Shown here: positions 1 to 10,786 of the stretch, piece by piece
Numbering within the stretch: the first letter of the stretch is position 1
How the letters are laid out: each line of letters begins with the position of its first letter
Assembly (NCBI GenBank): GCA_963704655.1
Contig: OY969927.1
Coordinates: forward strand, 768,001 to 832,000
DNA length: 64,000 bases
Direction of reading: 5' to 3'
From: an uncultured Candidatus Babeliaceae bacterium
GTDB lineage: Bacteria; Babelota; Babeliae; Babelales; Babelaceae
The notes under the pieces: model-generated
Told to the model about the DNA's origin: nothing
What the model saw: the letters and a program-made list of their open reading frames with translations, nothing else
The model's database searches: none
Translations under genes and position numbers: made by a program

Positions 1-25
1 ATTTTCTGTCTTGGTAGAAAAACAT
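1..25 (-). CDS. 5' end of a gene running off the window edge (MFFYQDRK...), translationally coupled to gspE
   Basis: ATG at 25-23 overlaps the gspE TAA stop (TAATG); frame open to the edge, only 8 codons visible. Confidence 0.35.
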
Positions 26-1734
26 TATTCGATTCCCTCTTGCGTAGTAGCAACAGAAAGAACTTCTTCAATAGTAGTAATACCCTTTTTAATTTTCTCG
101 ATACCATCATGCACCAACAATGTCATACCATCTTTTAAAGCGGCATCTTGTATGAGTGCAGTATCAGCGCGTTCAATAGTTAAACGTGCAATAGCATTAG
201 TCATAACCATAATTTCAAATAATGGGATTCGGCCACTGTACCCTGTGTTTAAGCATTCATGACAACCGACCGGATTATAGAAAGTTATCTTACCCGCTTC
301 TTCTGGAGTTATCCCAATACGTTTAAGCACTTGCGGTGTCGGTACATATTTTTGTTTACATGACGGGCACAATTTTCTTACAAGCCGTTGTGCTAAAATA
401 GCAACAACCGATGACGCGATTAAAAAGGGCTCGATACCCATATCTATAAGTCGGGTTATACTTGCAGCGGAACTATTGGTATGTAACGTTGTTAATACTA
501 AATGGCCCGTTAATGATGCCTGAATAGCAATTTGCGCCGTCTCTTGGTCACGCGTTTCACCGATCATGACAATGTCAGGATCTTGTCGCAAAATTGAGCG
601 CAGTGCCGCGGCAAAAGTAAGGCCAATTTTATCCTGCACCTGCACTTGCCCGATGCCTGCCATCTGATATTCAACCGGATCTTCAACGGTTACAATATTA
701 ACATCAGGACTATTTAATTTATTTAAAACAGCATACAAAGTAGAAGTTTTACCAGAACCGGTAGGCCCTGTTACCAAGATAATACCATTTGGTTGTTCGA
801 TAGACTGCATTAAAATTCTATAATCTCGGTCGCTTAAGCCAAGTTCATTAAGCTGCTTAAATGTTTTTGCTTTATCCAAAAGACGCATTACAATACGCTC
901 GCCATACACAGTGGGCAGCACCGAAACACGAATATCAATTGCTCTATCGGCGATTTTAATCTGTATACGGCCATCTTGAGGATGGCGCTTTTCGGCAATA
1001 TTAAGATTTGCCATAATTTTTATACGTGATGCAATTGCGGCTTGCGCACGCTTTGGCGGTGTAATGCTTGGGTATAAAATCCCGTCAATGCGGTAACGAA
1101 CACGCAACTCTTTTTCAAAGGGTTCGATATGAATATCAGAAGCTTCCTGCTTTACGCCTTGGTACAAAATATGGTTCACCAATTTAATAATCGGCGCTTC
1201 ACTTGCCATTCCAAGAATATCTTCTTCATTAATTGCAGCAAAATCTAAAGCTGAAGTAAACTCTTTTTCCTCTTCTAGACCCTCGATAACCTCTTTAGAA
1301 CTTTCATAGGGATAAAATTTATTAATAGCTTCAACAATTATTGCTTGCGGCGCAACAGCAACATCATAGGGAATCTTAAGTAATAAACTGAGTTCATCAA
1401 GTGGTTGAAAATTAAAGGGGTTTGCACACAAAAGCGTAACAGCGTTATCTGTGCCCATTTTGATAGGCATAATAGCCTGCTCACGTAAAAACTTAAGGGG
1501 AATTTGTGAAATAACATCTGGGTCCGTCATCTGCTCGGTTACTTCAGCGACGTAGGGGCACTCAAATTTTTCTGCCAAAGCTTGAGCTAAATGCTGTTCA
1601 CTGACACCAAAATCTCGTGAGCACTTAAAAAAGTTTTGGGATTTTTCATCACAGGCAGCCGAAAGCGCAGCTGATTTTTCTTTATCAAGAAAGTTTTTAT
1701 CTAAAAGAATCTGAACAATACTTTTTTTTATCAT
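25..1734 (-). CDS. gspE: Type II secretion system ATPase GspE (GspE/PilB family)
   Basis: Walker A GPTGSGKTS, TVEDPVEY, LRQDPDIVMIGETRD, TGHLVLTTLH, CxxC...CxxC zinc motif, N-terminal MshEN-like region. Confidence 0.92.
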   Translation of the reverse strand: MIKKSIVQILLDKNFLDKEKSAALSAACDEKSQNFFKCSRDFGVSEQHLAQALAEKFECPYVAEVTEQMTDPDVISQIPLKFLREQAIMPIKMGTDNAVTLLCANPFNFQPLDELSLLLKIPYDVAVAPQAIIVEAINKFYPYESSKEVIEGLEEEKEFTSALDFAAINEEDILGMASEAPIIKLVNHILYQGVKQEASDIHIEPFEKELRVRYRIDGILYPSITPPKRAQAAIASRIKIMANLNIAEKRHPQDGRIQIKIADRAIDIRVSVLPTVYGERIVMRLLDKAKTFKQLNELGLSDRDYRILMQSIEQPNGIILVTGPTGSGKTSTLYAVLNKLNSPDVNIVTVEDPVEYQMAGIGQVQVQDKIGLTFAAALRSILRQDPDIVMIGETRDQETAQIAIQASLTGHLVLTTLHTNSSAASITRLIDMGIEPFLIASSVVAILAQRLVRKLCPSCKQKYVPTPQVLKRIGITPEEAGKITFYNPVGCHECLNTGYSGRIPLFEIMVMTNAIARLTIERADTALIQDAALKDGMTLLVHDGIEKIKKGITTIEEVLSVATTQEGIE

Positions 1735-1806
1735 ACAAAATGCCCAAGCTTTAAAAAAAATAATTTTTTTATTAAGCTTAACGCACTTTTTCTCATGACA
1801 CCAGAG

Positions 1807-2607
1807 TTACTTGCAGATCTGAACTAATACCTCTTTTATCCAATAATAATAGTCTTTATCAGCATAATTTTGGTTTTTTATACTATCCCATCGGTCCGTA
1901 GGATCAACAATCTTAACAAATGGCCCTTCAATATCTACTGCCAAAGAAAAAACTTTTTTAATTTCAAACTTAAAATCACTACTTCCAGAAAGTTCTTCAA
2001 TTTTTTGCATGACACGTCTTCTTATTTCATAGTCAGCTTTGACATCTCTATTAATAATATCTCTATGATATATACACGTGCCCAAACAAGACATAACTTG
2101 CTGATACACGCCCATGGGGACAGTGGAACCATCACGCAAAGTAACCATGATGCACTTTCTCACCGGCAGTTCTAGTGAACGCTTTACTGGTTCTACGACA
2201 GGATCATTTTCTGGTAATAGATTTTGCAACTCACTTCTTAATGGGTTAACTAAATGGGCTTGCGGCTTGAGCACTATACTTAACGCTACAATTTCTTGAA
2301 TAGAACAATTAACAAACTTACCATCAGGCTTAATAAGACCTGCTGTTTCAAATATTGTGCCAAATTTAGGAACTAATTTCCAATGTCGATTTGTTGATAA
2401 TCCGGCCAACTGATATAAAGCACAAGGATCTTTACCAATTTCGTCTAAAGAATCCCTAACCATTTCAACCAAAAATTTAGAAACCATTCGATTATTTCTT
2501 AACGTTATCAGAGTATCTTGAGAAAAGATTATGTGAGTAAAAAATAAAGAGCAAAGAACAATACGATAGAGTATGAAATTTTTGTTAAAATCAAATGAAC
2601 CAAACAT
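1807..2607 (-). CDS. Hypothetical protein, probable N-terminal signal/TM segment
   Basis: 266-aa ORF abutting tgt; hydrophobic stretch IVLCSLFFTHIIFS; no recognised motif. Confidence 0.6.
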   Translation of the reverse strand: MFGSFDFNKNFILYRIVLCSLFFTHIIFSQDTLITLRNNRMVSKFLVEMVRDSLDEIGKDPCALYQLAGLSTNRHWKLVPKFGTIFETAGLIKPDGKFVNCSIQEIVALSIVLKPQAHLVNPLRSELQNLLPENDPVVEPVKRSLELPVRKCIMVTLRDGSTVPMGVYQQVMSCLGTCIYHRDIINRDVKADYEIRRRVMQKIEELSGSSDFKFEIKKVFSLAVDIEGPFVKIVDPTDRWDSIKNQNYADKDYYYWIKEVLVQICK

Positions 2608-2608
2608 A

Positions 2609-3733
2609 TTAAATTTTATCTTCCAAAATGGCGTTTCTATAGCTTTTCATAAGATTTACCATAAATCTTACATTATGTATAGTTGCCAACGTATAGGCTG
2701 TAAGCTCGTGAGCCTTAAATAAATGGTGCAGATATGCGCGTGAATGATGCACACAGGTGTAACAGTCACATGTTTCATCGATAGGAGAAAAATCCTGTTT
2801 ATAGCGCCCTTGCGCAATAGTAAGATTACCAGTAGTAGTATATAAAAGACCATGTCGCGCGCATTTGGTTGGATGGGAACTATCAAAAGTGTCTATTCCC
2901 AGTGGCACAGCTATCTCTAGTGACGGCAAATCTGCAATACCCAAAAGATGGTTCGGTTTATCATAGGGCATATGCGGCATAAGCGCGGTGAGCATCTCAA
3001 GCATTTCATTTCGGTTTTTCCCTAAACTGCCTCCAATAGCAAAACCATCAAAGGGCATCTGGCAAAGTGTATCAACACTATGCTTGCGCATTTCAGGATC
3101 AATGCCACCATGAATAACTGAGTACATAGATTGATAACCTGGATTTTTAAGATGCTCCTCTAGTGAGCGCTTTTCCCAGCGGTGGGTACGCTCAAGTGAT
3201 CTTTTTAAATCTGCTTTCTGCATATGATACGGTGGCAATTCATCAAGCGGAATAATAATATCTGCACCCAATTTTTTTTGTGCCTGCACAGATGTTTCTG
3301 GCGTTAACATGATAAGTTTTCCATCACGGTATGACCGAAACAGAACACCCTCTTCGGTAATTTTTTTTACGCCGCCCTCATTTTTTTTTGTGCCGGCGCT
3401 TTTAAGCTCTTGGGCAACACCGCCATAGGCTAAACTAAATACTTGAAAACCACCTGAATCAGTAATAATAGGCTTTGAGCGTTTCATAAACTGGTGCAGG
3501 CCACCACCGGCAGCAACAATATCTTCACCAGGGTGCAACATTAAATGGTAGGTATTACAAAAGAGTAAATCAATATCAAGAGCATCAATATGGTCGGCAG
3601 TAAGCGCTTTTAATGATGCATTTGTAGCAACAGGAACAAAGTTTGGCGTTTCGATAATGCCATGTTCGGTATGAATTCTGCCAACACGTGCGCGGGATTT
3701 TTTAGATTGATGTACTATCTCAAATTTTAGCAT
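2609..3733 (-). CDS. tgt: tRNA-guanine transglycosylase (Chlamydia-like, probably queuine-inserting)
   Basis: ETPNFVPVAT, CNTYHL, TDSGGFQVFSL, DTFDS, zinc site CDCYTC...H. Confidence 0.95.
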   Translation of the reverse strand: MLKFEIVHQSKKSRARVGRIHTEHGIIETPNFVPVATNASLKALTADHIDALDIDLLFCNTYHLMLHPGEDIVAAGGGLHQFMKRSKPIITDSGGFQVFSLAYGGVAQELKSAGTKKNEGGVKKITEEGVLFRSYRDGKLIMLTPETSVQAQKKLGADIIIPLDELPPYHMQKADLKRSLERTHRWEKRSLEEHLKNPGYQSMYSVIHGGIDPEMRKHSVDTLCQMPFDGFAIGGSLGKNRNEMLEMLTALMPHMPYDKPNHLLGIADLPSLEIAVPLGIDTFDSSHPTKCARHGLLYTTTGNLTIAQGRYKQDFSPIDETCDCYTCVHHSRAYLHHLFKAHELTAYTLATIHNVRFMVNLMKSYRNAILEDKI

Positions 3734-4400
3734 AACCGAACCATTCTAAAGCTTTTTTACACATAACTAAAAGCGGTGTCATACAGATAATGGTAACAGC
3801 TTTAATTGCATAACTTACCGTAATAACTTCACTTACATTATCAATAATACCATACAGACCAAGTATCGTAAAAAGTATAGTATCTAATAACTGTGTAACA
3901 AGCACCACGCCATAGTTTCGCACAATAAAATAATGGCCATCAAATTTTCTTTTAAAATAATCATAGAGATAATATTCTATGCTTTCTATAAGCATATACG
4001 TAAATAATGACGCGGCTAAAATGCGTGGCATCTGTCCCAAGATAGCGACAAAGTGCACGTGCTGAACGTCACAAGTTGATGGCACATATGCAAGCTGCAG
4101 CCACGTGATAATCGTGTAAAACAGCACTATCCCAAAACTTAAATAAACAGTTTTACGGGCAATTGCTGCGCCATAATATTCGCGCAAAAGATTTATCCCA
4201 AGCACTGCACCAATGCCAAGAGCATCTGCTGTTGTTGCATTTAGACCACAAAGCATCATCTGCTTTGTCACAAAGAGGTTCATGAGCACTACTTGCAAAC
4301 AGACAAGCGCGGTCAGCGCGGTTGCAGAAAAATAAAGCGCTATAATTGAGCTGAATGCTATAAAAATAATTGAAAGTAAAAAAATTATCTCATTAATCAT
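3720..4400 (-). CDS. yhhQ: Queuosine precursor transporter (YhhQ/Vut_1 family)
   Basis: About 6 TM segments; NLFVTKQ, LREYYG, PRILAASL, RNYG...QLLDTILF; overlaps the tgt start. Confidence 0.85.
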   Translation of the reverse strand: MINEIIFLLSIIFIAFSSIIALYFSATALTALVCLQVVLMNLFVTKQMMLCGLNATTADALGIGAVLGINLLREYYGAAIARKTVYLSFGIVLFYTIITWLQLAYVPSTCDVQHVHFVAILGQMPRILAASLFTYMLIESIEYYLYDYFKRKFDGHYFIVRNYGVVLVTQLLDTILFTILGLYGIIDNVSEVITVSYAIKAVTIICMTPLLVMCKKALEWFGYAKI

Positions 4401-5706
4401 TCAAAGTAACTTTCTTGATCTGATGATCCTGCACAAGAGTAGCTAAATCTGTAACTGCTTTATTTCTTGGTAAAGCTTCATGGCCAGCATGTGGCGCGGA
4501 AAGTGATGATAGTTTACTATTTCGTTTAAATTGAAGCTTTGATTTACAAAACTCTTCCATTGTTTCTAACTTCAGATTTTCATTGGCAGAGGCTTCAATG
4601 TCGGCAAAGTCAGCCTTGAACGTACCAATCTTACTCTGAAGCATTGATATTTTGTCTTGATAATTATTAAATTGAGCACCTGAAGTAGACAACTCCTGAT
4701 AATCAGCATCAAGCGCTGAAAAAATCAACAACTTTCCATATTCTCTTAACGCATCATATTCTTTAGTAAAATTTTGATACTTTTCAACTTCATCAGACAG
4801 CCCTTGCTGCTCAGAAAATAGCTCTTTAAACCGTTCCAATGGTGAAAGAAACTTATGTACTTCTTTTTCAATTTCACCAGAAGACAAATCCGCAAAAGAC
4901 TCTTCAATCGACTTAAAATCAGTTTCTGCAATCTTAATAGAAACTGGTGCAACCAAGTCTCTTCTTTGTTTACGCACTTTTTCTATAAATTCAGCTGACT
5001 GTGAAACATCAAGTCCCTTTTCTAAAGTCTCTAGACGGGTATTTAATGAATCTACAACCGATGCAAAATCATCTAAAGACCTATCGCGCATGTGGATATC
5101 AAAGTTTTCACAGACATACCCTAAGTAAGGTAAAAGTAATTTTATTGTTTTACATTTATGCCTATTAATATCTTTATCCCAATTTTTTAAAAGCTGCGTT
5201 TTTTGCTTTTTTAATATTGAAAGCTTATCATAGAATCCAGAAAGTTCACTTTCAAGGGCAAATAATGTTTTAACATCGAGCAGTCCTTGAATTTTTTCTT
5301 CTAAAAAACTTGTTTCAGATGTTTTTTCAACTTCAATTTTTCTAGACAGCACGATACTGATTGATTCACGAACGCGGTCACAATCATCTAGTAGACCAAT
5401 AACCCTTTCTTTAATCTTACCATCTTCTGAATCAAAAATTATTTCTAAAGCGCCAGATAGAGTTTCCGTTTCAAAAATTTCTGTATCTTCTCTTTCTTCA
5501 TCAGCAAAAGGGCAACTAGGGGCTGAATGTGTCCGTTTAGTAACTGCGCCCGGTGCAACTTTTTTAGACGCTCCGCCATTCATTAACGCATACTCCATAT
5601 AACTTTTCGCCCTAGGCGCACTGGGCTGAATTTCTTTTTTACTAAAATCTAAAGAAAATGAAAGAGTTGGCACCAAAGCCATCACCAAAAACAGTATATT
5701 TTTCAT
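4393..5706 (-). CDS. Secreted coiled-coil hypothetical protein
   Basis: Signal peptide MKNILFLVMALVPTLSFS; long E/K/L-rich helical body. Confidence 0.7.
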   Translation of the reverse strand: MKNILFLVMALVPTLSFSLDFSKKEIQPSAPRAKSYMEYALMNGGASKKVAPGAVTKRTHSAPSCPFADEEREDTEIFETETLSGALEIIFDSEDGKIKERVIGLLDDCDRVRESISIVLSRKIEVEKTSETSFLEEKIQGLLDVKTLFALESELSGFYDKLSILKKQKTQLLKNWDKDINRHKCKTIKLLLPYLGYVCENFDIHMRDRSLDDFASVVDSLNTRLETLEKGLDVSQSAEFIEKVRKQRRDLVAPVSIKIAETDFKSIEESFADLSSGEIEKEVHKFLSPLERFKELFSEQQGLSDEVEKYQNFTKEYDALREYGKLLIFSALDADYQELSTSGAQFNNYQDKISMLQSKIGTFKADFADIEASANENLKLETMEEFCKSKLQFKRNSKLSSLSAPHAGHEALPRNKAVTDLATLVQDHQIKKVTLND

Positions 5707-5711
5707 AAAAT

Positions 5712-6335
5712 TTATCTCAGAATCGTTATAACCATATCAAAAATTAACGCGACAAACATAAGCCCGTCAATGCGGTCCAGAATGCCGCCATGGCCCGGTA
5801 AAAGAGTTCCCGAATCTTTAAGCCCTGCTAACCTTTTTAAATACGATTCAAAAAGATCACCTAAAAAGGCCAAAAACCCAGTAAAACTAGCTACCAGGTA
5901 GAGAGTTATCATAGCACAAGAACAGCTCTTCAGCAATAAAAAATAACTAAAAGCGCCTATAAATCCAGCAAAAATTACGCCACCAATCAGCCCTTGCCAC
6001 GTTTTTCCGGCACTGATAGTTGGGGCAATTTTTCGGGTACCAAACAAGTTTCCAAAAATATAACCGCCCGTATCATAACTTGCAACAACAATAACAAGCC
6101 AAGCCCAAAGCATAGGGTCCTGCAGATACAAGTGCATAAATGCAAGAAATGGCACTATAGGGTAAAGGGGCGTTAACCACCAAAGTTTAAATCGGGGCCA
6201 TTCCACAACCAAGATATACAATAAAACAAACCCAAGCAGCACCGTAAAAAGCGTAGAAGATAAAAAATAAAATGCGCAACAAGCGCTACTTATCAAGATA
6301 GCAGTAGTAATCGCACGAGGAATTAAATCTTTCAT
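5712..6335 (-). CDS. cdsA: Phosphatidate cytidylyltransferase
   Basis: DTGGY, ISAGKTWQG, GDLFESYLKRLAGLKDSGTLLPGHGGILDRIDG signature. Confidence 0.95.
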   Translation of the reverse strand: MKDLIPRAITTAILISSACCAFYFLSSTLFTVLLGFVLLYILVVEWPRFKLWWLTPLYPIVPFLAFMHLYLQDPMLWAWLVIVVASYDTGGYIFGNLFGTRKIAPTISAGKTWQGLIGGVIFAGFIGAFSYFLLLKSCSCAMITLYLVASFTGFLAFLGDLFESYLKRLAGLKDSGTLLPGHGGILDRIDGLMFVALIFDMVITILR

Positions 6336-6712
6336 ATAACACTTTCAGACGCAGTAAAGGCATTAGGGATAAAGGTGATATCAAATGTATTGTCTTCCAT
6401 ATTAGGCTCAACAAGGGCAACATCAAATCGTAATACATGTTCAGTGTACTTGTTCTTAGCCGCATAGTGCAACGCAGTGGCGATAATTTTTCTTTGTTTA
6501 GAACGGTCAACCACTAAAGAAAGATTAAAATATCGCTTGCTGCGCATTTTAACTTCAACAAACGAAACCACTTCAGCTTTGCGAGCAATAATATCAATTT
6601 CGCCAGCTCTTATACAATAATTCCGCGCGCAGACAGTGTAACCCTGCTCAATAAGATAATCGACAACCATCTGTTCGGCTTGGTAGCCACGGCCCTGAAT
6701 CTCAGTTTTCAT
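6332..6712 (-). CDS. yraN: YraN family (UPF0102) putative endonuclease
   Basis: GYQAE, RNY...GEIDIIA, FVEVKMR, RFDV; start placed at MKTEIQG (6712). Confidence 0.88.
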   Translation of the reverse strand: MKTEIQGRGYQAEQMVVDYLIEQGYTVCARNYCIRAGEIDIIARKAEVVSFVEVKMRSKRYFNLSLVVDRSKQRKIIATALHYAAKNKYTEHVLRFDVALVEPNMEDNTFDITFIPNAFTASESVI

Positions 6713-7544
6713 AATCAGTAGCAAGTAAGGTAATTGCTTTAACTAAAAGTTCATTTTTTTCAGCAACATTTTCTGCATCAAGTTCTTTAAGCTGCAAGCA
6801 CAATTCAATCAAAGCATCTTTTGCCGTTGAACTTATATTTTTTTGATGTTCAAGTAACTTTTCAACCAGATACGTAAAACGCATCTGCGCAGCCGTTAAA
6901 GCTTCTGCCATTTGGTTAATTCGGTACTTTTGCATATAAAAATCCATGCGCAAAAACTCTGCTTCAAATAAAAGCTTGTAACAATAGTCTTGGATAGTTT
7001 CAAGACTTTCTAAATATGTTATTTCATGAGGGAACTCTTTTAAGAAATCTTGAACCAATTTAAGGGTCTTTTCTGTCATCTCTTGGTCATGCTCAGCGTC
7101 AGAGCAGTCCCAATAATGGGCCAATATTTGACGATAAAGTGCCTCTTTTTTAAACTCAACACCTGGATATTCACGAACAAGTTGTTCAAACAGCTCACGT
7201 GCTTTTTCTAGTCTGCCCATGGCCAATTGAATGGTTGCCAACTCATAAAGACAGTCTGCGCGCTCCTGGTAATTGTCACTGAGCTTCATAATGCGCGCAA
7301 GAGCTTTTTCAATAAGCTCAATCTCATCCCGCTGCTCAAAATAAATACGCGCTGCACGAACTTCTTGAAGTGTCATATTTTTAATATTTTTTTTGGTAGC
7401 TTGCGCCGGCTCTACGGACTTGTCATCAAAATGTTCTGCCCGCTCTGTTTTATACGTGGTTCTATAGGCTTGATAGGGCCGCTTGCCACACCCGGTCAAG
7501 AATATAAAAACTAAAGCGAGAAGCGTTAACGATAATTTTTTCAT
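6702..7544 (-). CDS. bamD: Outer membrane assembly lipoprotein BamD-like (TPR)
   Basis: Lipobox LTGC, TPR helices, EYPG...EALY, DQEMTEKT...FLKEFP pattern; start placed at MKKLSL. Confidence 0.7.
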   Translation of the reverse strand: MKKLSLTLLALVFIFLTGCGKRPYQAYRTTYKTERAEHFDDKSVEPAQATKKNIKNMTLQEVRAARIYFEQRDEIELIEKALARIMKLSDNYQERADCLYELATIQLAMGRLEKARELFEQLVREYPGVEFKKEALYRQILAHYWDCSDAEHDQEMTEKTLKLVQDFLKEFPHEITYLESLETIQDYCYKLLFEAEFLRMDFYMQKYRINQMAEALTAAQMRFTYLVEKLLEHQKNISSTAKDALIELCLQLKELDAENVAEKNELLVKAITLLATDYEN

Positions 7545-7630
7545 ATGTTTTACAACCTTATTCAACAAATACTAGTACTTTGAGCGTACCATCTTGGCAA
7601 AAAGCTGTAAATCACGGTAGACTAAAAGTT

Positions 7631-8350
7631 ATGGATAAAAAAATAAAAGCATGGGTTAAGTCCCTGCACTCACCAAAAACCCGTAAGCCTACCGGCTGTT
7701 GCATCGTTGAAGGGCTACGCACCTTCACCACTTTTTTACATTCGGTACATGTACTCAAAGATCTCTATGTAACGCAAAAAGCATTAAAAAATTCTGGCAA
7801 AGCGCTGGAAATGCATCATTATACCATTATCTCTGATACTGATATGGAGCAAATAAGTGCCGCAACAACCCCCAGTGGTATTTTAGCCATTTTTGAAATT
7901 AATCCGATAAAGGCACCTCTTGGTGCAGGGATAGTATGCGCTCGCCTTCAAGACCCAGGAAATGCAGGAACCTTAATCCGCACCTGTGCAGCACTTAACA
8001 AAAAGAGCGTTGTCTTTGTTGAAAGCGTTGACCCCTGGAGCCCAAAGGTTATTCAAGCAAGCGCTGGCACTATAGCACAAATGAATATTCATGAACTTTC
8101 GTGGCACGGGTTACAGCAGCAAAAAAATAATGTCCCGCTTTATGCATTGGTAACGCAGTATGGCCAACAACCAACAGTTGCACATGCCGATGGCCTTTTT
8201 GTGGTAGGCAACGAAGCTAATGGCATCCCGCCTGAATGGATTAAAGATTGTGACCAAAAAATCACCCTTTCAATGCCAGGAAATACTGAAAGCCTTAATG
8301 CTGCAGTTGCAGGCTCAATTGCGTTATACGAAACTCTTTTAAATAAGTAA
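7631..8350 (+). CDS. TrmH/SpoU family RNA methyltransferase
   Basis: LQDPGNAGTLIRT, VVGNEANGI, ESLNAAVAGSIALYE. Confidence 0.93.
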   Translation: MDKKIKAWVKSLHSPKTRKPTGCCIVEGLRTFTTFLHSVHVLKDLYVTQKALKNSGKALEMHHYTIISDTDMEQISAATTPSGILAIFEINPIKAPLGAGIVCARLQDPGNAGTLIRTCAALNKKSVVFVESVDPWSPKVIQASAGTIAQMNIHELSWHGLQQQKNNVPLYALVTQYGQQPTVAHADGLFVVGNEANGIPPEWIKDCDQKITLSMPGNTESLNAAVAGSIALYETLLNK

Positions 8351-8354
8351 ACCT

Positions 8355-9647
8355 ATGAACTCAAATAAACTATCTTTACGCTCAGCGATCTTTATCAATC
8401 TTAATATAATTCTTGGTACCGGGATCTTTATTAATAGCGCAAAACTTGCAAACCATATGGGCCCATGGGGCGCATTAAGCTACGCTACTGTTGGCGTACT
8501 TTTACTCCCCCTTATTCTTGCCATGGCACAGTTAGTAAAAATTCACAAGGGCGGCTCATTTTATGATTACGCGGCCGGTATTCACCCTTTTGTCGGTTTT
8601 ATCAGCCAATGGTGTTACTTTGTCGGCAAGCTTGCTGCCTGTACACTCGGAATTCATATTTTTGTTTCGTTAATGCAAACGATATTTGTGCCCTTACAAG
8701 GTTTTTCACCCATACTATTAGATAGTGGCGTAGTAGCGCTTTTTACCATGCTTAATATGCTTAACTTGCGTATTAATAAGTCTATACAAATAGGTTTTTT
8801 TGTTCTTAAAATGATCCCCATCCTGTTTGTTGTTATCACGGGGATTATCTATTTTTCACCAGAATATTTAATTAATATCCCCCTTAATACCGACCAACTT
8901 TTTGTTACAATTCCCTTTGCGCTCTATGCATTTACGGGCTTTGAAGCAACATGTTCATTAATTCACACGCTTGAAAACCCAGAAACTGACGGACCTAAAG
9001 CGATATTATACTCATATGGCCTCAGTGTTTTGATTGCAGTAACATTTCAAACTCTTTTGTATGCTTTAATCGGGCCTGAGTTAGCCCTGGCAGAGAGTTT
9101 TTTAAACACGTTTCCCCTGGTGTTTAAATTTATATTTTCAAACCTTTTGATTAAACAGTATGGCATTATTTTGATACACACGGCCATTGCTTGTTCTGCA
9201 CTAGGCGCTGCCTATGGCGTTATGTTCAGCAACGCCTGGAACTTATTTACTCTTGCAGAAAAAAGACTCTTGGGGAAAAATTCACCAGCATTATGGCTTT
9301 CAAAAAGTAATGTGCCGTATATATGCATTATCACCGAAGCGCTTATTATTTTAAGCTATTTGCAGTATACGCAAGGCGCGCAGGTTCCCTTACAACAAAC
9401 AAACACATTAGCATTAACGATAACATTTACACTCAGCGTGCTCGGGCTTGTTTTGTATAGCTTAAAAAGCGGGTATCAAAAATTACTCTTGGCACTTTTA
9501 GCATCGGCAAGCTGCATACTCTTATTAGGCTTTTTAATTAAAAACTTTATGCATTACCAAACATTGCCAAGTGCACCATTTTTAGTGCTTGTGGTAATGG
9601 GCATCATAGTTTTTTTAACGAACTTTAAGCAGCATCAGCGCGCATAA
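8355..9647 (+). CDS. APC family amino-acid permease
   Basis: About 12 TM segments; NIILGTGIF, GGSFYDY, YAFTGFE. Confidence 0.88.
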   Translation: MNSNKLSLRSAIFINLNIILGTGIFINSAKLANHMGPWGALSYATVGVLLLPLILAMAQLVKIHKGGSFYDYAAGIHPFVGFISQWCYFVGKLAACTLGIHIFVSLMQTIFVPLQGFSPILLDSGVVALFTMLNMLNLRINKSIQIGFFVLKMIPILFVVITGIIYFSPEYLINIPLNTDQLFVTIPFALYAFTGFEATCSLIHTLENPETDGPKAILYSYGLSVLIAVTFQTLLYALIGPELALAESFLNTFPLVFKFIFSNLLIKQYGIILIHTAIACSALGAAYGVMFSNAWNLFTLAEKRLLGKNSPALWLSKSNVPYICIITEALIILSYLQYTQGAQVPLQQTNTLALTITFTLSVLGLVLYSLKSGYQKLLLALLASASCILLLGFLIKNFMHYQTLPSAPFLVLVVMGIIVFLTNFKQHQRA

Positions 9648-10676
9648 ACAAACAATCATAGTAATAATGCTGGCCCGAATAGTGATCTTCATTTCTGGCC
9701 AGCCAAGTTTTTCATAATGGTGATGAATCGGCGCAATTTTAAAAACTCTCTTTTTAAAGAGTTTATAACCAGTAACTTGAATAATCACCGATAACGTTTC
9801 ACCCACAAATACAATTCCAGAAAGCGCCAAGAGCAGTTCTTGCTTGGTAAACAGCGCAATAAGCCCCAGTGTTGCGCCCAAAGACAACGCCCCAACATCG
9901 CCCATGAAGATCTGTGCAGGATAGGTGTTGTACCATAAAAATCCTAAACAGGCGCCGATTAAAATGACGGCAATAATGGCTACTTCAGCGGTTCCCACAA
10001 AAGGTATATGTAAGTAATGTGCAAAAACAGTATGTCCTGCACAATAGGCAATTAATGCAAACGTTGCAAAATTCGGTAACAATGCACTCACTGCAAGGCC
10101 ATCAAGACCATCGGTTAAATTAACCGCGTTACAGGTGCCCACAATAATAAAAAGCGCCCAGGCAAAATACCATGGCCCAAGGTCTGGATTTAAATCTTTA
10201 AAGACGGGAACACACAAAGTTGTTGTTGGGTTTAATAAAAAATACCATAACGTTAAAACTATCGTGCCCGCTATAAGCTGCGCTACCCACTTTTTAATCT
10301 CAGAGATCCCTTTTTTATGCCTGATCTTGCTCCAGTCATCCCAAAAGCCAATTGCGGCAAACAGCACCAACGTTGTTAAAATTATATACACATGAGGATC
10401 GCTTAAATTGCACCACAAAAGAATTGTGCTCACAACTACACTCACAATAAAGAGTCCGCCCATTGTTGGCGTGTTATGTTTTGCCTTATGGTTATCCGGA
10501 GTAAACTCACGCACCCCAGAACGGAAAAACTTTTTTGAGTGTTCTATAAACCAGGTACCAAAGATAAAAGAAAGCGCTAATGCGGTTATGAATGCCGCCA
10601 TGGCGCGGAAGCTGATCGATTCAACCACGCGGAAAAAGCGGATATAGTGCGAAAAATACAACAAAAGATGATACAT
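9615..10676 (-). CDS. mraY: Phospho-N-acetylmuramoyl-pentapeptide transferase
   Basis: TPTMGG, IGFWDD, NAVNLTDGLDGLA, IFMGDVG, APIHHHYE. Confidence 0.97.
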   Translation of the reverse strand: MYHLLLYFSHYIRFFRVVESISFRAMAAFITALALSFIFGTWFIEHSKKFFRSGVREFTPDNHKAKHNTPTMGGLFIVSVVVSTILLWCNLSDPHVYIILTTLVLFAAIGFWDDWSKIRHKKGISEIKKWVAQLIAGTIVLTLWYFLLNPTTTLCVPVFKDLNPDLGPWYFAWALFIIVGTCNAVNLTDGLDGLAVSALLPNFATFALIAYCAGHTVFAHYLHIPFVGTAEVAIIAVILIGACLGFLWYNTYPAQIFMGDVGALSLGATLGLIALFTKQELLLALSGIVFVGETLSVIIQVTGYKLFKKRVFKIAPIHHHYEKLGWPEMKITIRASIITMIVCLCALMLLKVR

Positions 10677-10786
10677 TTATGTGTCCCCTTAATATTTTTT
10701 GGTAGTAAAGAACTTTAATAAGAATTAAGTTACGTGTAAACTATAGTAAAGTTTATATACATACAACATTTTTATAAAGCAAAACC

